Source of the DNA: an uncultured Pirellulaceae bacterium
GTDB taxonomy: Bacteria > Planctomycetota > Planctomycetia > Pirellulales > Pirellulaceae
Length of the DNA stretch: 64,000 nucleotides
Assembly (NCBI GenBank): GCA_964414815.1
Contig: CAYPXY010000020.1
Location: 3,956-67,955 of the forward strand
Direction: 5' to 3'
The position numbers and the translations under genes are program-made. The stretch's first letter is position 1. The number at the start of each line of letters is the position of its first letter. The notes below the pieces were generated by a model, which worked only from the letters and a program-made list of their open reading frames with translations, was not told the DNA's origin and made no database searches. Below are positions 18,914 to 28,110 of this stretch, in pieces.

Positions 18914-20266
18914 ATGAAACTGAAACGATGCGTTTATTTTGTGGTTGCAGTCGTCTCTGTGGTACTGGTTGGAGGTCAATCGACCGCTCAAGATGACTTT
19001 GCAGCATTCGTCAAGAAGTTCGAGGAGGAGAAGCCGAAATATGCTCAGCGTCAGCAGGCCTTGCTCAACGAACGGTACGACCTGTCCGACAAGCGGGCCG
19101 AGGGCGTTGCCATGTCGCGCGGCAAAGCGGTGCAGTCGGGTGTGCGTGTGCGACTGCCGGAGGGAACCTCATGGGAGCAACTGGCGGCTCTGACGCCCGC
19201 TGGAATCAAACAGCGGAATCTTTGGCCGGCCGGATTTTATCCGCTTCCACATCCCCATCATGAAAACGGCGGGATGATTTTTCCCAAGTTTTTGATTGAT
19301 GAAACCAAGAAGCAAACCGATCGCGATTTGACCCGTTTTGATCTCGATTTCGATTTGCCAGACCATTTGCTGCCCGAATTTCCGGCCGCCATTTATTTGA
19401 CAACGCGGCCGGATTTGGGTGACGTCTCGCAAGGGCAACTGGTCACGCTGGCGAACTATCACGAGCTGTTCAAGGATATTCTGAATCCGAAACAGCTTGA
19501 AGGGCTGCGGCTGTTGGTGACACCTTTCCCGCAGCAGCAATTCAACGCGACGCATGATCGCAAATCGATGCAGGCTCACCTGGGTGTGACCTGTTTCGAC
19601 TGCCACGCCAATGGACACACCAATGCCGCCACTCATACGGTCGGCGATATTCGCCCGAATGAACATCGACATCGAATCGATACGCCAACATTGCGGGGCG
19701 TGAATGTACAGCGGCTGTTTGGTTCTCAGCGGGCCATCAAAACGATTGAGGATTTCACCGAGTTTGAGCAGCGAGCCGCTTATTTTGATGGCGATCCGGT
19801 ACAAGCTCAGGCCAAGGGAGTCAACATTCTCGAACGCGGAAGTCAGGTTCATTTCATGGCCGAGTTTCAGTCGATTCTGGACTTTCCGCCCGCTCCTAAA
19901 CTTGATCTCTTTGGAAAGCTCAAGCCGGAACTGGCGACCGAAAGCGAATTGCGGGGGCAAGAACTGTTTCACGGTAAAGCCCAATGTTCTGTCTGTCATC
20001 CGGCTCCTTATTATACGGACAACCTGATGCACAACTTGCAGACGGAAAGGTTTTATGAACCCAAAATGATCAATGGTCGCATGGCTTCGGCCGATGGGCC
20101 GATCAAGACGTTTCCGTTGCGAGGGATCAAGGATTCACCGCCGTATTTGCATGACAATCGCTTGATGACACTCGAAGATGCCGTTGAATTTTTCAATCTG
20201 GTGCTGGAAATCAAGTTGAATGAGCAAGAAAAATCGGATTTGGTCGCCTTTATGCGATGCTTATAG
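18914..20266 (+). CDS. Di-heme cytochrome c peroxidase / MauG-like protein with an N-terminal extension
   Basis: Signal peptide and two CxxCH motifs ('CFDCHANGH', 'CSVCHPAPYY') about 140 aa apart. Confidence 0.8.
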   Translation: MKLKRCVYFVVAVVSVVLVGGQSTAQDDFAAFVKKFEEEKPKYAQRQQALLNERYDLSDKRAEGVAMSRGKAVQSGVRVRLPEGTSWEQLAALTPAGIKQRNLWPAGFYPLPHPHHENGGMIFPKFLIDETKKQTDRDLTRFDLDFDLPDHLLPEFPAAIYLTTRPDLGDVSQGQLVTLANYHELFKDILNPKQLEGLRLLVTPFPQQQFNATHDRKSMQAHLGVTCFDCHANGHTNAATHTVGDIRPNEHRHRIDTPTLRGVNVQRLFGSQRAIKTIEDFTEFEQRAAYFDGDPVQAQAKGVNILERGSQVHFMAEFQSILDFPPAPKLDLFGKLKPELATESELRGQELFHGKAQCSVCHPAPYYTDNLMHNLQTERFYEPKMINGRMASADGPIKTFPLRGIKDSPPYLHDNRLMTLEDAVEFFNLVLEIKLNEQEKSDLVAFMRCL

Positions 20267-20292
20267 CTCTTACAACAAACTGTGGGGCACTC

Positions 20293-20345
20293 GCCCTGCA
20301 TTGAATAGACTTTTACAGGGCGGATTTGATTCTGCCCTGTTTTTA
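20293..20345 (+). terminator. Hairpin(s) GCCCTG...CAGGGC...GCCCTG followed by TTTTTA after the peroxidase gene
   Basis: Inverted repeats and a T-run seen directly. Confidence 0.45.
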
Positions 20346-20448
20346 TTTGTACATTTATGCATGAGTTTGCAAGCTTAAATGTAAGTTAAGCACTTGCTTG
20401 AATGCGTCATGGCATGATATTTAATCATTCAATTTTGTGATGCAAATT

Positions 20449-20476
20449 TTGCAACGGTTGCTTTCTTTTGTAGTAT
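20449..20476 (+). promoter_or_regulatory. Sigma-70-like promoter TTGCAA-16 nt-TAGTAT in an AT-rich spacer upstream of the small basic protein gene
   Basis: Hexamers and spacing read directly. Not validated. Confidence 0.35.
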
Positions 20477-20532
20477 GATTAGACTGACGTGCTTAGTATT
20501 TTTGTTTAAGTGTCAACTCTGAATTCTCAACC

Positions 20533-20940
20533 ATGGCAAAAACCAAAACCACAAAGAAACCGGTCTCTGCAACGGAAACCACAAACGATCAGAAAATCAG
20601 TAAGGCAAAACGCGTCAGGGACTATATGGAGGAATATCCGAAAGCTCGCAACGTAGACATTGCTAAAGCATTACACCAATACGGCGTAAAGGAGTCGGAC
20701 GTTTCGAATGCGAAAACGCAAATGAAGAAGAAAAAGAAACGTCGAGGCAAAGTTGGCCGTCCCAAGGCAGCCGCCAATGGAAATGGGCCTTTGAAGCGAG
20801 GTCCCAAACCAGCCGCATCCAAAGAAGGCAGCGTTTCGTTCGCCGAATTCCAATCGGCCCTCAGTTTTGCCCAGTCCGTCGGCGGCTTTGCTCGAGGCCG
20901 ACAAGTGCTGGAAGTCGTAGAGCAGATTAAACAGTTGTAA
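20533..20940 (+). CDS. Small lysine-rich basic protein with AT-hook-like GRP/RGP motifs, a possible nucleoid-associated protein
   Basis: 'KKKKKRRGKVGRPKAAANG' and 'LKRGPKPAA'. No recognised family. Confidence 0.55.
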   Translation: MAKTKTTKKPVSATETTNDQKISKAKRVRDYMEEYPKARNVDIAKALHQYGVKESDVSNAKTQMKKKKKRRGKVGRPKAAANGNGPLKRGPKPAASKEGSVSFAEFQSALSFAQSVGGFARGRQVLEVVEQIKQL

Positions 20941-21044
20941 GTTCAAGTTCAACGAGCAGCAGTAACGGTTTTTTAATCCCGCGACGGCCATCCCGAACAC
21001 CGGAAGCAATTGCTCGGATTTCGAGAGGCTGGGGGGGGGCGAGT

Positions 21045-21167
21045 CTGGGCTGGTGGATTTCACTGCTATCACTGTTGATAATATTCGAATCATAACCCGT
21101 AGCGTAAGCGAGGGACCGGGCTTCTTCCCTCGCTTACGCTTCGGGTTATGATTTCCACCAAGCCAGG
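21045..21167. repeat. Family-1 palindromic element copy A, subtype with CCACCAGCCCAG-type ends. Core: CATAACCCGtAGCGTAAGCGAGGGAC ... TCCCTCGCTTACGCTTCGGGTTATGA
   Basis: Near-identical copies at 42348-42481 and 46235-46352 (inverted). Confidence 0.9.
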
Positions 21168-21288
21168 GCGAGTCCCTCAAAGCTGCCTAAAATAGCCGAA
21201 AACTGGCAATACAGCCCGTTTTTGGCTGAATTAGCGGTTGAGTTTGGCCGTTAAACTGGTATATTCTCCGTCAAGAAATTCCCCCTAA

Positions 21289-21432
21289 GGAATCGTCCCG
21301 AAATAAATTCCTGGTTCTTTTAGTCCATCGTAACCCGAAGCGTAACCGAGGGACGGACTAACCACGCTAGAGTAGTCCCTCGCTTACGCTTCGGGTTATG
21401 ATCAAATACGGAAGTTATTTCAGGATAATTTC
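21289..21432. repeat. Family-1 palindromic element copy B, subtype with GGAATCGTCCCGAAATA / TATTTCAGGATAATTTC ends, about 144 bp
   Basis: About 25-bp core stem. The extended arms match copy D. Confidence 0.9.
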
Positions 21433-21480
21433 TAAACTCTGTAATTTTCAATAGCTGAATTTTAATAGTCGGAAATCAAG

Positions 21481-21744
21481 ATGGCACGCGTTTGTGAAGT
21501 TTGTGGCAAAGGCCCTTCGGTTGGCAACAAAATCGAAACCCGCGGTAAAGCAAAATACCTCGGCGGTGTCGGTACGAAAGTAACAGGCATTACCCGTCGT
21601 CAATTTCGCCCCAATTTGCAAACCGTTCATGCGGCACTGCCCAACGGCGGTGCGAAATCCATGAAGGTTTGTGTTCAGTGTATTCGCAGCGGAGCCATCC
21701 GCAAGAAAGTCAAACAAAAGCCGTTTACCCTGCCACCGTCATAG
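21481..21744 (+). CDS. rpmB: 50S ribosomal protein L28
   Basis: 'MARVCEVCGKGPSVGNKIETRGKAKYLGGVG...RRQFRPNLQ'. Confidence 0.95.
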   Translation: MARVCEVCGKGPSVGNKIETRGKAKYLGGVGTKVTGITRRQFRPNLQTVHAALPNGGAKSMKVCVQCIRSGAIRKKVKQKPFTLPPS

Positions 21745-21814
21745 TGGGCTGGTCGTCATAGTGGGCTGGTCGTCGTAGTTTGAGGTCGGGTAATGGTTCT
21801 ACTTCTACACAGTC

Positions 21815-22123
21815 ATGGCGGTGACGATGTCTGATTCTATCCGTCGTGAGACCGTCGAGGCCGTTGCCCGCTTGGCTCGGATTGAGCTATCTCCTGAAGA
21901 CGTGATCGGGTACCAGCATGACCTGTCTCAGATTCTCGACTATGTTGGGCAACTTGACGAAGTGGAGTTGCTTGACGGGATCGAACCGTTCTTCGGTATC
22001 AGCGGAGAGGCCAATGCGAGACGAGACGATAGGATTCAGCCCAGCCTTCCGCGAGGAGAGGTGTTAGGAAACGCGCCGGATACCGACGGAGAATTTTATC
22101 GAGTACCGCCCGTGTTTCGCTAG
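21815..22123 (+). CDS. gatC: Asp/Glu-tRNA amidotransferase subunit C
   Basis: 'VARLARIELSPEDV...ILDYVGQLDEV' and position directly upstream of gatA. Confidence 0.9.
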   Translation: MAVTMSDSIRRETVEAVARLARIELSPEDVIGYQHDLSQILDYVGQLDEVELLDGIEPFFGISGEANARRDDRIQPSLPRGEVLGNAPDTDGEFYRVPPVFR

Positions 22124-22232
22124 GAGCTTCAATCAAAACCCGAAGCGTAAGCGAGGGACCGCATTAACAAGCTAGGGCGGTCCCTCGCTTACGCTTCGGG
22201 TTCTGATGAAGATACCAGGATAATTCCTAAAT
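22124..22232. repeat. Family-1 palindromic element copy C, filling the gatC-gatA spacer
   Basis: Core AAAACCCGAAGCGTAAGCGAGGGACC ... GGTCCCTCGCTTACGCTTCGGGTTCTGA. The right arm CAGGATAATTCCTAAA matches copy B. Confidence 0.9.
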
Positions 22233-22254
22233 TCGCCAATCAGGGAATCGAGTT

Positions 22255-23694
22255 TTGCCCGAAGAATTTTCTTATCCCACCGCCAACGAAATGGCTCATT
22301 CGGTGCTTAACGGTCGTTGTCCGGCAGGCGAGTTCGCGCATCAGTGTCTCGATGCGATTGATCGCAGTTCATCACTCAATGTGTTCACCTATGTTGCTCG
22401 TGAGGAAGCTCAACTCGCGGCGGATAGAATCGGCCTGGAACGAACATCCAGTGAATCACTCGGACCTCTCGCCGGTGTGCCGATTGCGATCAAGGATGGG
22501 ATTTGCACTCGCGGAATGCCGACGACCTCTGGCTCGGCGATGTTGTCAAAATTTATCCCGCCCTACGATGCAACCGTGGTGCAGCGATTGAAGCAGGCTG
22601 GAGCGATCATCATCGGCAAGACCAATATGGACGAGTTTGCAATGGGCAGCTCGACCGAGAAATCTTTCTTCGGCCCGACGAAAAACCCTCACGATACGGA
22701 TCGCGTTGCAGGGGGTTCAAGTGGCGGTTCAGCGGCCTGTGTCGCCGCCGGGCTATGCCCCGTCGCGCTCGGCTCCGATACAGGCGGATCGATTCGACAG
22801 CCCGCTGCTTTTTGCGGTGTGACAGGGCTTAAGCCAACCTATGGTCGAGTCAGCCGATACGGCTTGATTGCCTACGCCAGCAGTCTCGATCAGATCGGCC
22901 CCATCGCCCGGACGGCGGAAGACTGTGCCCTGGTGATGAACGTGATCGCCGGACATGATCCGCTTGACTCTACTTCGGCCCGTATGGAAACCGAAGACTA
23001 TACCGCCAGGCTCAAACAGTCGATCAAGGGGCTTCGGTTTGGGGTTTGCAAGGAACACTTCAATGAAGGGCTGCACCCCGAAATTGATTCTGCAATTCAA
23101 TCCGCAATCGGAACCATCAGACAATTGGGTGGCGAAATCGTTGAGCTCTCCATGCCTCATTCAAAATGGGCCGTCCCCACCTATTATTTGATTGCTTCCT
23201 GCGAAGCCTCCAGTAATCTCGCCCGCTACGATGGCGTTCGCCACACGCAACGAGCCGACGGAAGCGATCTGGAGCAAATGTATTCCGCAACTCGATCTCG
23301 CTTCTTCGGAACGGAGGTCAAACGGCGGATCATGCTCGGAACCTTTGCACTGAGTTCAGGCTACTATGACGCTTATTATCTGAAAGCATCCAAAGTTCGG
23401 CGACTGATCAAACAGGACTACGATCAAGCATTTTCAAAATGCGATGTGATATTGGGGCCAACCACTCCCACGCCCCCCTTTCGGTTGGGCGAGCATTCGT
23501 CGAGTCCGGTCGAAATGTACTTGGCAGATATTTACACGGTGTCGGCAAACCTGGCCGGGGTGCCCGCCATTTCCATCCCGATCGGATGGACGGCCGACAA
23601 GTTGCCTATCGGAATGCAACTTCAAGGACCTATGTTTTCCGAAGCCATGCTACTGCAGGTGGCGCACCAGTTGGAAGGATTTAGCAAGGGATGA
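22255..23694 (+). CDS. gatA: Glutamyl-tRNA(Gln) amidotransferase subunit A
   Basis: Amidase signature 'GGSSGGSAA' and '[12 protein letters not shown]'. The start is TTG at 22255 as in the ORF track. Confidence 0.95.
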   Translation: MPEEFSYPTANEMAHSVLNGRCPAGEFAHQCLDAIDRSSSLNVFTYVAREEAQLAADRIGLERTSSESLGPLAGVPIAIKDGICTRGMPTTSGSAMLSKFIPPYDATVVQRLKQAGAIIIGKTNMDEFAMGSSTEKSFFGPTKNPHDTDRVAGGSSGGSAACVAAGLCPVALGSDTGGSIRQPAAFCGVTGLKPTYGRVSRYGLIAYASSLDQIGPIARTAEDCALVMNVIAGHDPLDSTSARMETEDYTARLKQSIKGLRFGVCKEHFNEGLHPEIDSAIQSAIGTIRQLGGEIVELSMPHSKWAVPTYYLIASCEASSNLARYDGVRHTQRADGSDLEQMYSATRSRFFGTEVKRRIMLGTFALSSGYYDAYYLKASKVRRLIKQDYDQAFSKCDVILGPTTPTPPFRLGEHSSSPVEMYLADIYTVSANLAGVPAISIPIGWTADKLPIGMQLQGPMFSEAMLLQVAHQLEGFSKG

Positions 23695-23715
23695 GGGATG
23701 AGGGATGAGGGATGA
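23688..23715 (+). repeat. Heptamer tandem array (GGGATGA)x4 containing the gatA stop codon
   Basis: Read directly. Confidence 0.95.
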
Positions 23716-23954
23716 AATCTACCTTTTTTCATTTCACGGACGCAAAGTCAACAGGTGTCATCAAGAAGTCTCGGAACGCTAATTTTCGCTGATCCTCACT
23801 AATCCAAAACAATATGAGTGTTGATTAGCGATGATTAGTGTTCCTGAGTTTTCCACCGGATTCTTGTACCGTTGCAGCTTCTCTCTTGAACGGTTAACCT
23901 TTTTTCGGCTGTCAGCATCCCTATTTACTTTCATATTTAGATAGAACCCGATCC

Positions 23955-25064
23955 ATGTCTCCATCTCCCGCGATTTCTCGTGTGCTCAATTTTTCGGCCG
24001 GGCCGGCGGTATTGCCGTTGGCGGTGCTGCAACAGATTCAAGCCGAAATGGTTTCGTTGCCGGGGGTCGGCAGCAGTGTGCTTGAGATCAGCCACCGCTC
24101 GAAAGAGTTCGACCGAATCCTCGACGAAGCTTTCGCGAGTATCCGCGACCTTGCTCAAATTCCTGAATCGCATGAAGTCATATTCCTGCAGGGCGGCGCT
24201 CACCTGCAGAACACCATGGTGCCTGCGAATCTGATCACGGATTCATCGCAAACGGCGGACTATATCCTGACCGGAAGCTGGGGAAAGAAAAGCGCTGAAG
24301 ATGTCCGGCATTTCGGCAAGCTGAATGTTGCTTGGGACGGAGAATCAGCCAACTACTTTCGAACTCCAAACAACGAAGAATTGTCGCTGACAGAAAGCGC
24401 TGCCTATGTCCATCTAACGTACAACGAAACGATTCAGGGCGTTCAATTTCGTGAGTTGCCTGAAACAAATGGGGTTCCGATTGTCGCCGACCAGTCGTCC
24501 GACCTTTTTTGCCAGCCGATTGATGTCGCGCAGTACGGCCTGATTTACGCTTGTGCCCAGAAAAATCTGGGAATCGCCGGTGTTACCATTTTGGTCATCG
24601 ACAAGCAATTACTGAAGCGATCGGGCCGTCGCCTGCCGAACTATCTGAATTATGCGCTGCATGCTGAAAATGGGTCCCGGTACAATACACCGCCAACCTT
24701 TGCCATTTATGTGACGGGACTGGTTTGCAAATGGTTGCAGGAAGAAATGGGTGGGCTGGAACGCTTGGGCGAAATCAATCGGCAAAAGGCCGAGTTGCTG
24801 TACAATGTGATTGACGGCAGCAATGGATTTTATATCGGCCACGCTGAAAAATCTTCGCGATCGATAATGAATGTCGTATTCAAAATGAGCGATGAAGAGA
24901 CCGACAACCAGTTTCTCGCTGAAGCCAAATCCGAAGGCATGACCGCACTCAAAGGGCACCGAAGCGTCGGTGGAATTCGCGCATCGATTTACAACGCCAT
25001 GCCGCTCGAGGGCGTCCAGAGCCTTGCCGATTTCATGCAGGATTTCGCACGGCGAAGGAGTTAG
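23955..25064 (+). CDS. serC: Phosphoserine aminotransferase
   Basis: 'NFSAGPAVLP', 'YNETIQG' and 'AQKNLGIAGVT' (PLP lysine region). Confidence 0.95.
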   Translation: MSPSPAISRVLNFSAGPAVLPLAVLQQIQAEMVSLPGVGSSVLEISHRSKEFDRILDEAFASIRDLAQIPESHEVIFLQGGAHLQNTMVPANLITDSSQTADYILTGSWGKKSAEDVRHFGKLNVAWDGESANYFRTPNNEELSLTESAAYVHLTYNETIQGVQFRELPETNGVPIVADQSSDLFCQPIDVAQYGLIYACAQKNLGIAGVTILVIDKQLLKRSGRRLPNYLNYALHAENGSRYNTPPTFAIYVTGLVCKWLQEEMGGLERLGEINRQKAELLYNVIDGSNGFYIGHAEKSSRSIMNVVFKMSDEETDNQFLAEAKSEGMTALKGHRSVGGIRASIYNAMPLEGVQSLADFMQDFARRRS

Positions 25065-25209
25065 GAATTGTCATGAAATAACATCCGTATTTTCATCATA
25101 ACCCGAAGCGTAAGCGAGGGACGGCATCACCAAGCTGGAGTGGTCCCTCGCTTACGCTTCGGGTTATGATGGACCTTCATAAAGCCGGGAAACTATTTCG
25201 GGACAATTC
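25064..25209. repeat. Family-1 palindromic element copy D (~146 bp) in the serC-serA spacer, starting at the last base of the serC stop codon
   Basis: Core CATAACCCGAAGCGTAAGCGAGGGAC ... GTCCCTCGCTTACGCTTCGGGTTATGA with terminal GGAATTGTCATGAAATA / TATTTCGGGACAATTC. Confidence 0.9.
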
Positions 25210-25270
25210 ATTCGGGGACGATCCCAGGCAATTCAATTCGCACAATTTCGATTCATAACCAAGTCAAATC

Positions 25271-26935
25271 ATGTCTATTGCAACCACACCCAGGAAAACC
25301 AAAACTCAAAACCAGACACGGATCATTGTTCTCGATGATCTGGCCGAGGAAGGGATCGCGCTGCTCAATGCTGCTGGAGGAATTGAATACGACATTCGGA
25401 CTGGCCTCAAAGGCGAGGAACTTCGGCAAGCATTAACCGAGTATGATGGGGCGGTCTGCCGAAGCGGCGTCAAAATCACGGCAGAGGTACTCGAAGGCAA
25501 CCGTCGATTGCGGGCCATCGTTCGGGCGGGCGTCGGTACGGATAACATCGACAAAGTGGCGGCAACGCGACTCGGGATCGTGGTGATGAACACGCCTGAC
25601 GGAAATACGATCAGCACCGCGGAGCATACGATCGCGCTCATGCTGGGTTTGTCGCGGAACGTCGCGCCGGCTCACGCAAGTCTAAAATCCGGAGCATGGG
25701 ATCGCAAAAGTTTTCAGGGAACGCAGCTTGCCGGTAAAAAATTGGGCATCGTCGGCTTGGGTCGCATCGGCGTGGAAGTCGCTAAACGAGCCAACGCCTT
25801 GGGTATGGAGGTGATCGGCTACGATCCGTTCATGTCGGCAGAACGGGCCACCGGACTGGGCGTGACCAAGATGGAAACGGTGGATGAAATGTTGCCGCTG
25901 GTAGACTACTTGACGGTACACACACCTTTGACGCCGGAAACCAAGGGCCTGATCAGCACCGAGCAACTCGATAAAATGAAAACAGGTGTGCGGCTCATTA
26001 ATTGTGCCCGCGGTGGAATCTATGACGAATCGGCGCTTGTGGCGGGGCTACAGTCAGGAAAAATCGGTGGCGTGGCATTGGACGTTTACGAAATCGAGCC
26101 TTGCGTAGACAGCCCGCTGTTTCATTTGCCTCGAACGTTGTGTACGCCGCATTTGGGAGCGAGTACGGATGAAGCTCAAGTCGAAGTAGCGGTTGAAGCA
26201 GTCGAGTTGCTAATTAACTATCTGACCAAGGGAGAAATTCGCTCGGCAGTCAACGCATTGTCGCTCGATCCTCAAACGCTCAGCCAGATGCGTGGCTATC
26301 TCAACGTTGCCTATCGATTGGGCCTGCTGGTCGGCCAGTGGCATGATGGTTCGATCGAGAAGTGTGAACTCGATGTCGAGGGTGAAATTTCGACCAAGGA
26401 CACACGCATTCTGGTTTCGGCGTTTTGTGCCGGGCTCATCGGTGACAAGATAGAAGGAACGAACATCGTCAACGCGGAAGTCTTCTGTCGCGAACGGGGC
26501 ATTGAAGTCGTTCACCGGACCACGCAGGAACATGGGACATTCAGCAGCCTGATTTCCGCAACCGTGACGGGGGAAGGCAAGTCATTGACGGCCGCCGCCA
26601 CATTGTTCGGCAAAAGTATGCCGCGTCTGGTGCAGCTCGGTGAGTATCGAACCGATGCCTTTATGGACGGAATTTTGTTAATTTTTACACATATTGATGT
26701 GCCGGGAATTATTGGCTATGTCGGGCAAATTCTGGCCGCGAGTAAGGTCAACATCGCCCAGATGGCGGTCGGTCGCGAAGGGACTACCAGCGGCGGCCCG
26801 GCGATCGGGGTACTGAACCTCGATTCACGGGCCGACGAAGCGGCCATGCAGAAAATTACAGAACACGAAGGCATTGAATCGATCCATCAGATTGTGCTTC
26901 CGAGTGTTGGTCAGTTGCCTGAGTGGCTCGTGTGA
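25271..26935 (+). CDS. serA: D-3-phosphoglycerate dehydrogenase, long form with a C-terminal ACT domain
   Basis: 'GIVGLGRIGVEVAKRA' NAD motif, 'NCARGG', 'PHLGAST', and an ACT-like tail. Confidence 0.95.
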   Translation: MSIATTPRKTKTQNQTRIIVLDDLAEEGIALLNAAGGIEYDIRTGLKGEELRQALTEYDGAVCRSGVKITAEVLEGNRRLRAIVRAGVGTDNIDKVAATRLGIVVMNTPDGNTISTAEHTIALMLGLSRNVAPAHASLKSGAWDRKSFQGTQLAGKKLGIVGLGRIGVEVAKRANALGMEVIGYDPFMSAERATGLGVTKMETVDEMLPLVDYLTVHTPLTPETKGLISTEQLDKMKTGVRLINCARGGIYDESALVAGLQSGKIGGVALDVYEIEPCVDSPLFHLPRTLCTPHLGASTDEAQVEVAVEAVELLINYLTKGEIRSAVNALSLDPQTLSQMRGYLNVAYRLGLLVGQWHDGSIEKCELDVEGEISTKDTRILVSAFCAGLIGDKIEGTNIVNAEVFCRERGIEVVHRTTQEHGTFSSLISATVTGEGKSLTAAATLFGKSMPRLVQLGEYRTDAFMDGILLIFTHIDVPGIIGYVGQILAASKVNIAQMAVGREGTTSGGPAIGVLNLDSRADEAAMQKITEHEGIESIHQIVLPSVGQLPEWLV

Positions 26936-26973
26936 GGCGACCAAGTTTACGCCAGCAATATTTTGTTTCCTAA

Positions 26974-27090
26974 GCACTCAGTTGCGAGTCTCGGAGAGAC
27001 TCGCCTACACTGTGTTCCCCAGGCGCTCGGTTGCGAGTCTCGGAGAGACTCGCCTACACTAGGGTAGCTTTTTATCTGCCGGTCGCCTAA
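26974..27090. repeat. Family-2 element: two tandem copies of GC(A/G)CTC(A/G)GTTGCGAGTCTCGGAGAGACTCGCCTACACT plus the tail AGGGTAGCTTTTTATCTGCCGGTCGCCTAA, between convergent genes
   Basis: Perfect 9-bp hairpin GCGAGTCTC-GGA-GAGACTCGC. Copies at 9139-9168 and 52014-52079. Confidence 0.85.
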
Positions 27091-27094
27091 TACG

Positions 27095-28015
27095 TCAGCG
27101 CACCGCCACGATGTACGCGAGCCAGACGGGGTGGCTTGGTGCGGTGTCTCGGCGTTCCCAGATCGAATCGTCTTCTTCATTCTCGAAATAGACGACGGAA
27201 TCCGAAAATCCGGCTTCGGCCAACATCTCGCGGACTTCGGGGATTGTCCAAAAACGCCAATCGTATTCGAAGGCGTTTTTGATTTCGCTTCCGTCCTTGA
27301 ACTGAAATGAGATAGAGAATTTGGCGTCGTTATTGAAGGGATTGAAGCTGACCTGCTTCCAGAAATAACTAAACTTCTTTTTGCCCTTGCCGATGACTTT
27401 CTCGTCTTCGTTGCCTTCTTTGTAGCAATCGCCTCCACCCATCATATCCAGCACCATGATGCCGCCCGGTTTCAGGTTCTGACGAGCGACCCGAAGGTAG
27501 TGAACGACTTCGGGGCGAGTTTTGAAAATCCAGAAGGAAAAATTTTGCGCCGCCAGCACATCCACTGGGGGCGGATTCTCGAAACGGACATCCTGTTCCA
27601 GCAGTTGAATGCGATCCTGTTGTTTGGGTGTGAGTTTCGACAGATTGTGTTCGCGGCCCCACGCCAGCGTCTCCGCACACAAGTCGACTCCCACCGCCGT
27701 TCCGTTCTTCCGTGTGCGAACCCATTCGCAGCAAACTTCAAACGTCCCGCAAAAATCTTCTCTCAGCGATTGTGGCTTTTTCTGGTTGAAGTCGCGATAG
27801 GCCTGATCAAAGAACGAGACATCGTGCTCGGGGCACTGAACCGACTTCTGGTAGCAAATGTGCTTGTCGGCTTTTTCGGCCAGCGTCCGTTTTGATTTTT
27901 GCTTGCCTTTGGATTTCTCGGATTCTTCGAATTGGTCGAATTGGTCGAATTGGTGGCCAGACTCTCTGTGATTCCTGCGTTGGTTGTGCTTCTTGTCTTT
28001 GTCTTTTTTGGCCAT
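27095..28015 (-). CDS. Class I SAM-dependent methyltransferase with a K/D/Q-rich N-terminal tail
   Basis: 'GIMVLDMMGGGD' motif-I-like segment and a Rossmann-fold pattern. The start is set at 'MAKKDKDKK'. Confidence 0.75.
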   Translation of the reverse strand: MAKKDKDKKHNQRRNHRESGHQFDQFDQFEESEKSKGKQKSKRTLAEKADKHICYQKSVQCPEHDVSFFDQAYRDFNQKKPQSLREDFCGTFEVCCEWVRTRKNGTAVGVDLCAETLAWGREHNLSKLTPKQQDRIQLLEQDVRFENPPPVDVLAAQNFSFWIFKTRPEVVHYLRVARQNLKPGGIMVLDMMGGGDCYKEGNEDEKVIGKGKKKFSYFWKQVSFNPFNNDAKFSISFQFKDGSEIKNAFEYDWRFWTIPEVREMLAEAGFSDSVVYFENEEDDSIWERRDTAPSHPVWLAYIVAVR

Positions 28016-28110
28016 GATCTCAATTCCTGTTGCAGTGGGGCGAAACGCCACCGACCATTGTAACCGAACTTGAAGCCCAATGACACTCATTTCAATCAAA
28101 CGAATGGTCG

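Noticed and set aside
20533-20562. The small basic protein and RecA share the N-terminal peptide MAKTKT(T/V)KK.
   Set aside because: The match is only 9 residues of lysine-rich sequence, and the nucleotide similarity is limited to those codons. It is most likely coincidence and gives no evidence of a shared module.
20671-21180. A 169-aa minus-strand ORF containing 'GGNHNPKRKRGKKPGPSLTLRVMI'.
   Set aside because: It is the translation of palindromic element copy A joined to the antisense of the small basic protein gene. The similar peptide in the kinase ORF comes from the shared repeat, not from homology between proteins.
21238-21265. A TTGAGT-16-TATATT promoter-like pair upstream of rpmB.
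   Set aside because: It is plausible by sequence. However, it lies 215 nt from the start codon with a full palindromic element in between, and such hexamer pairs arise easily by chance. It is not reported as a feature.
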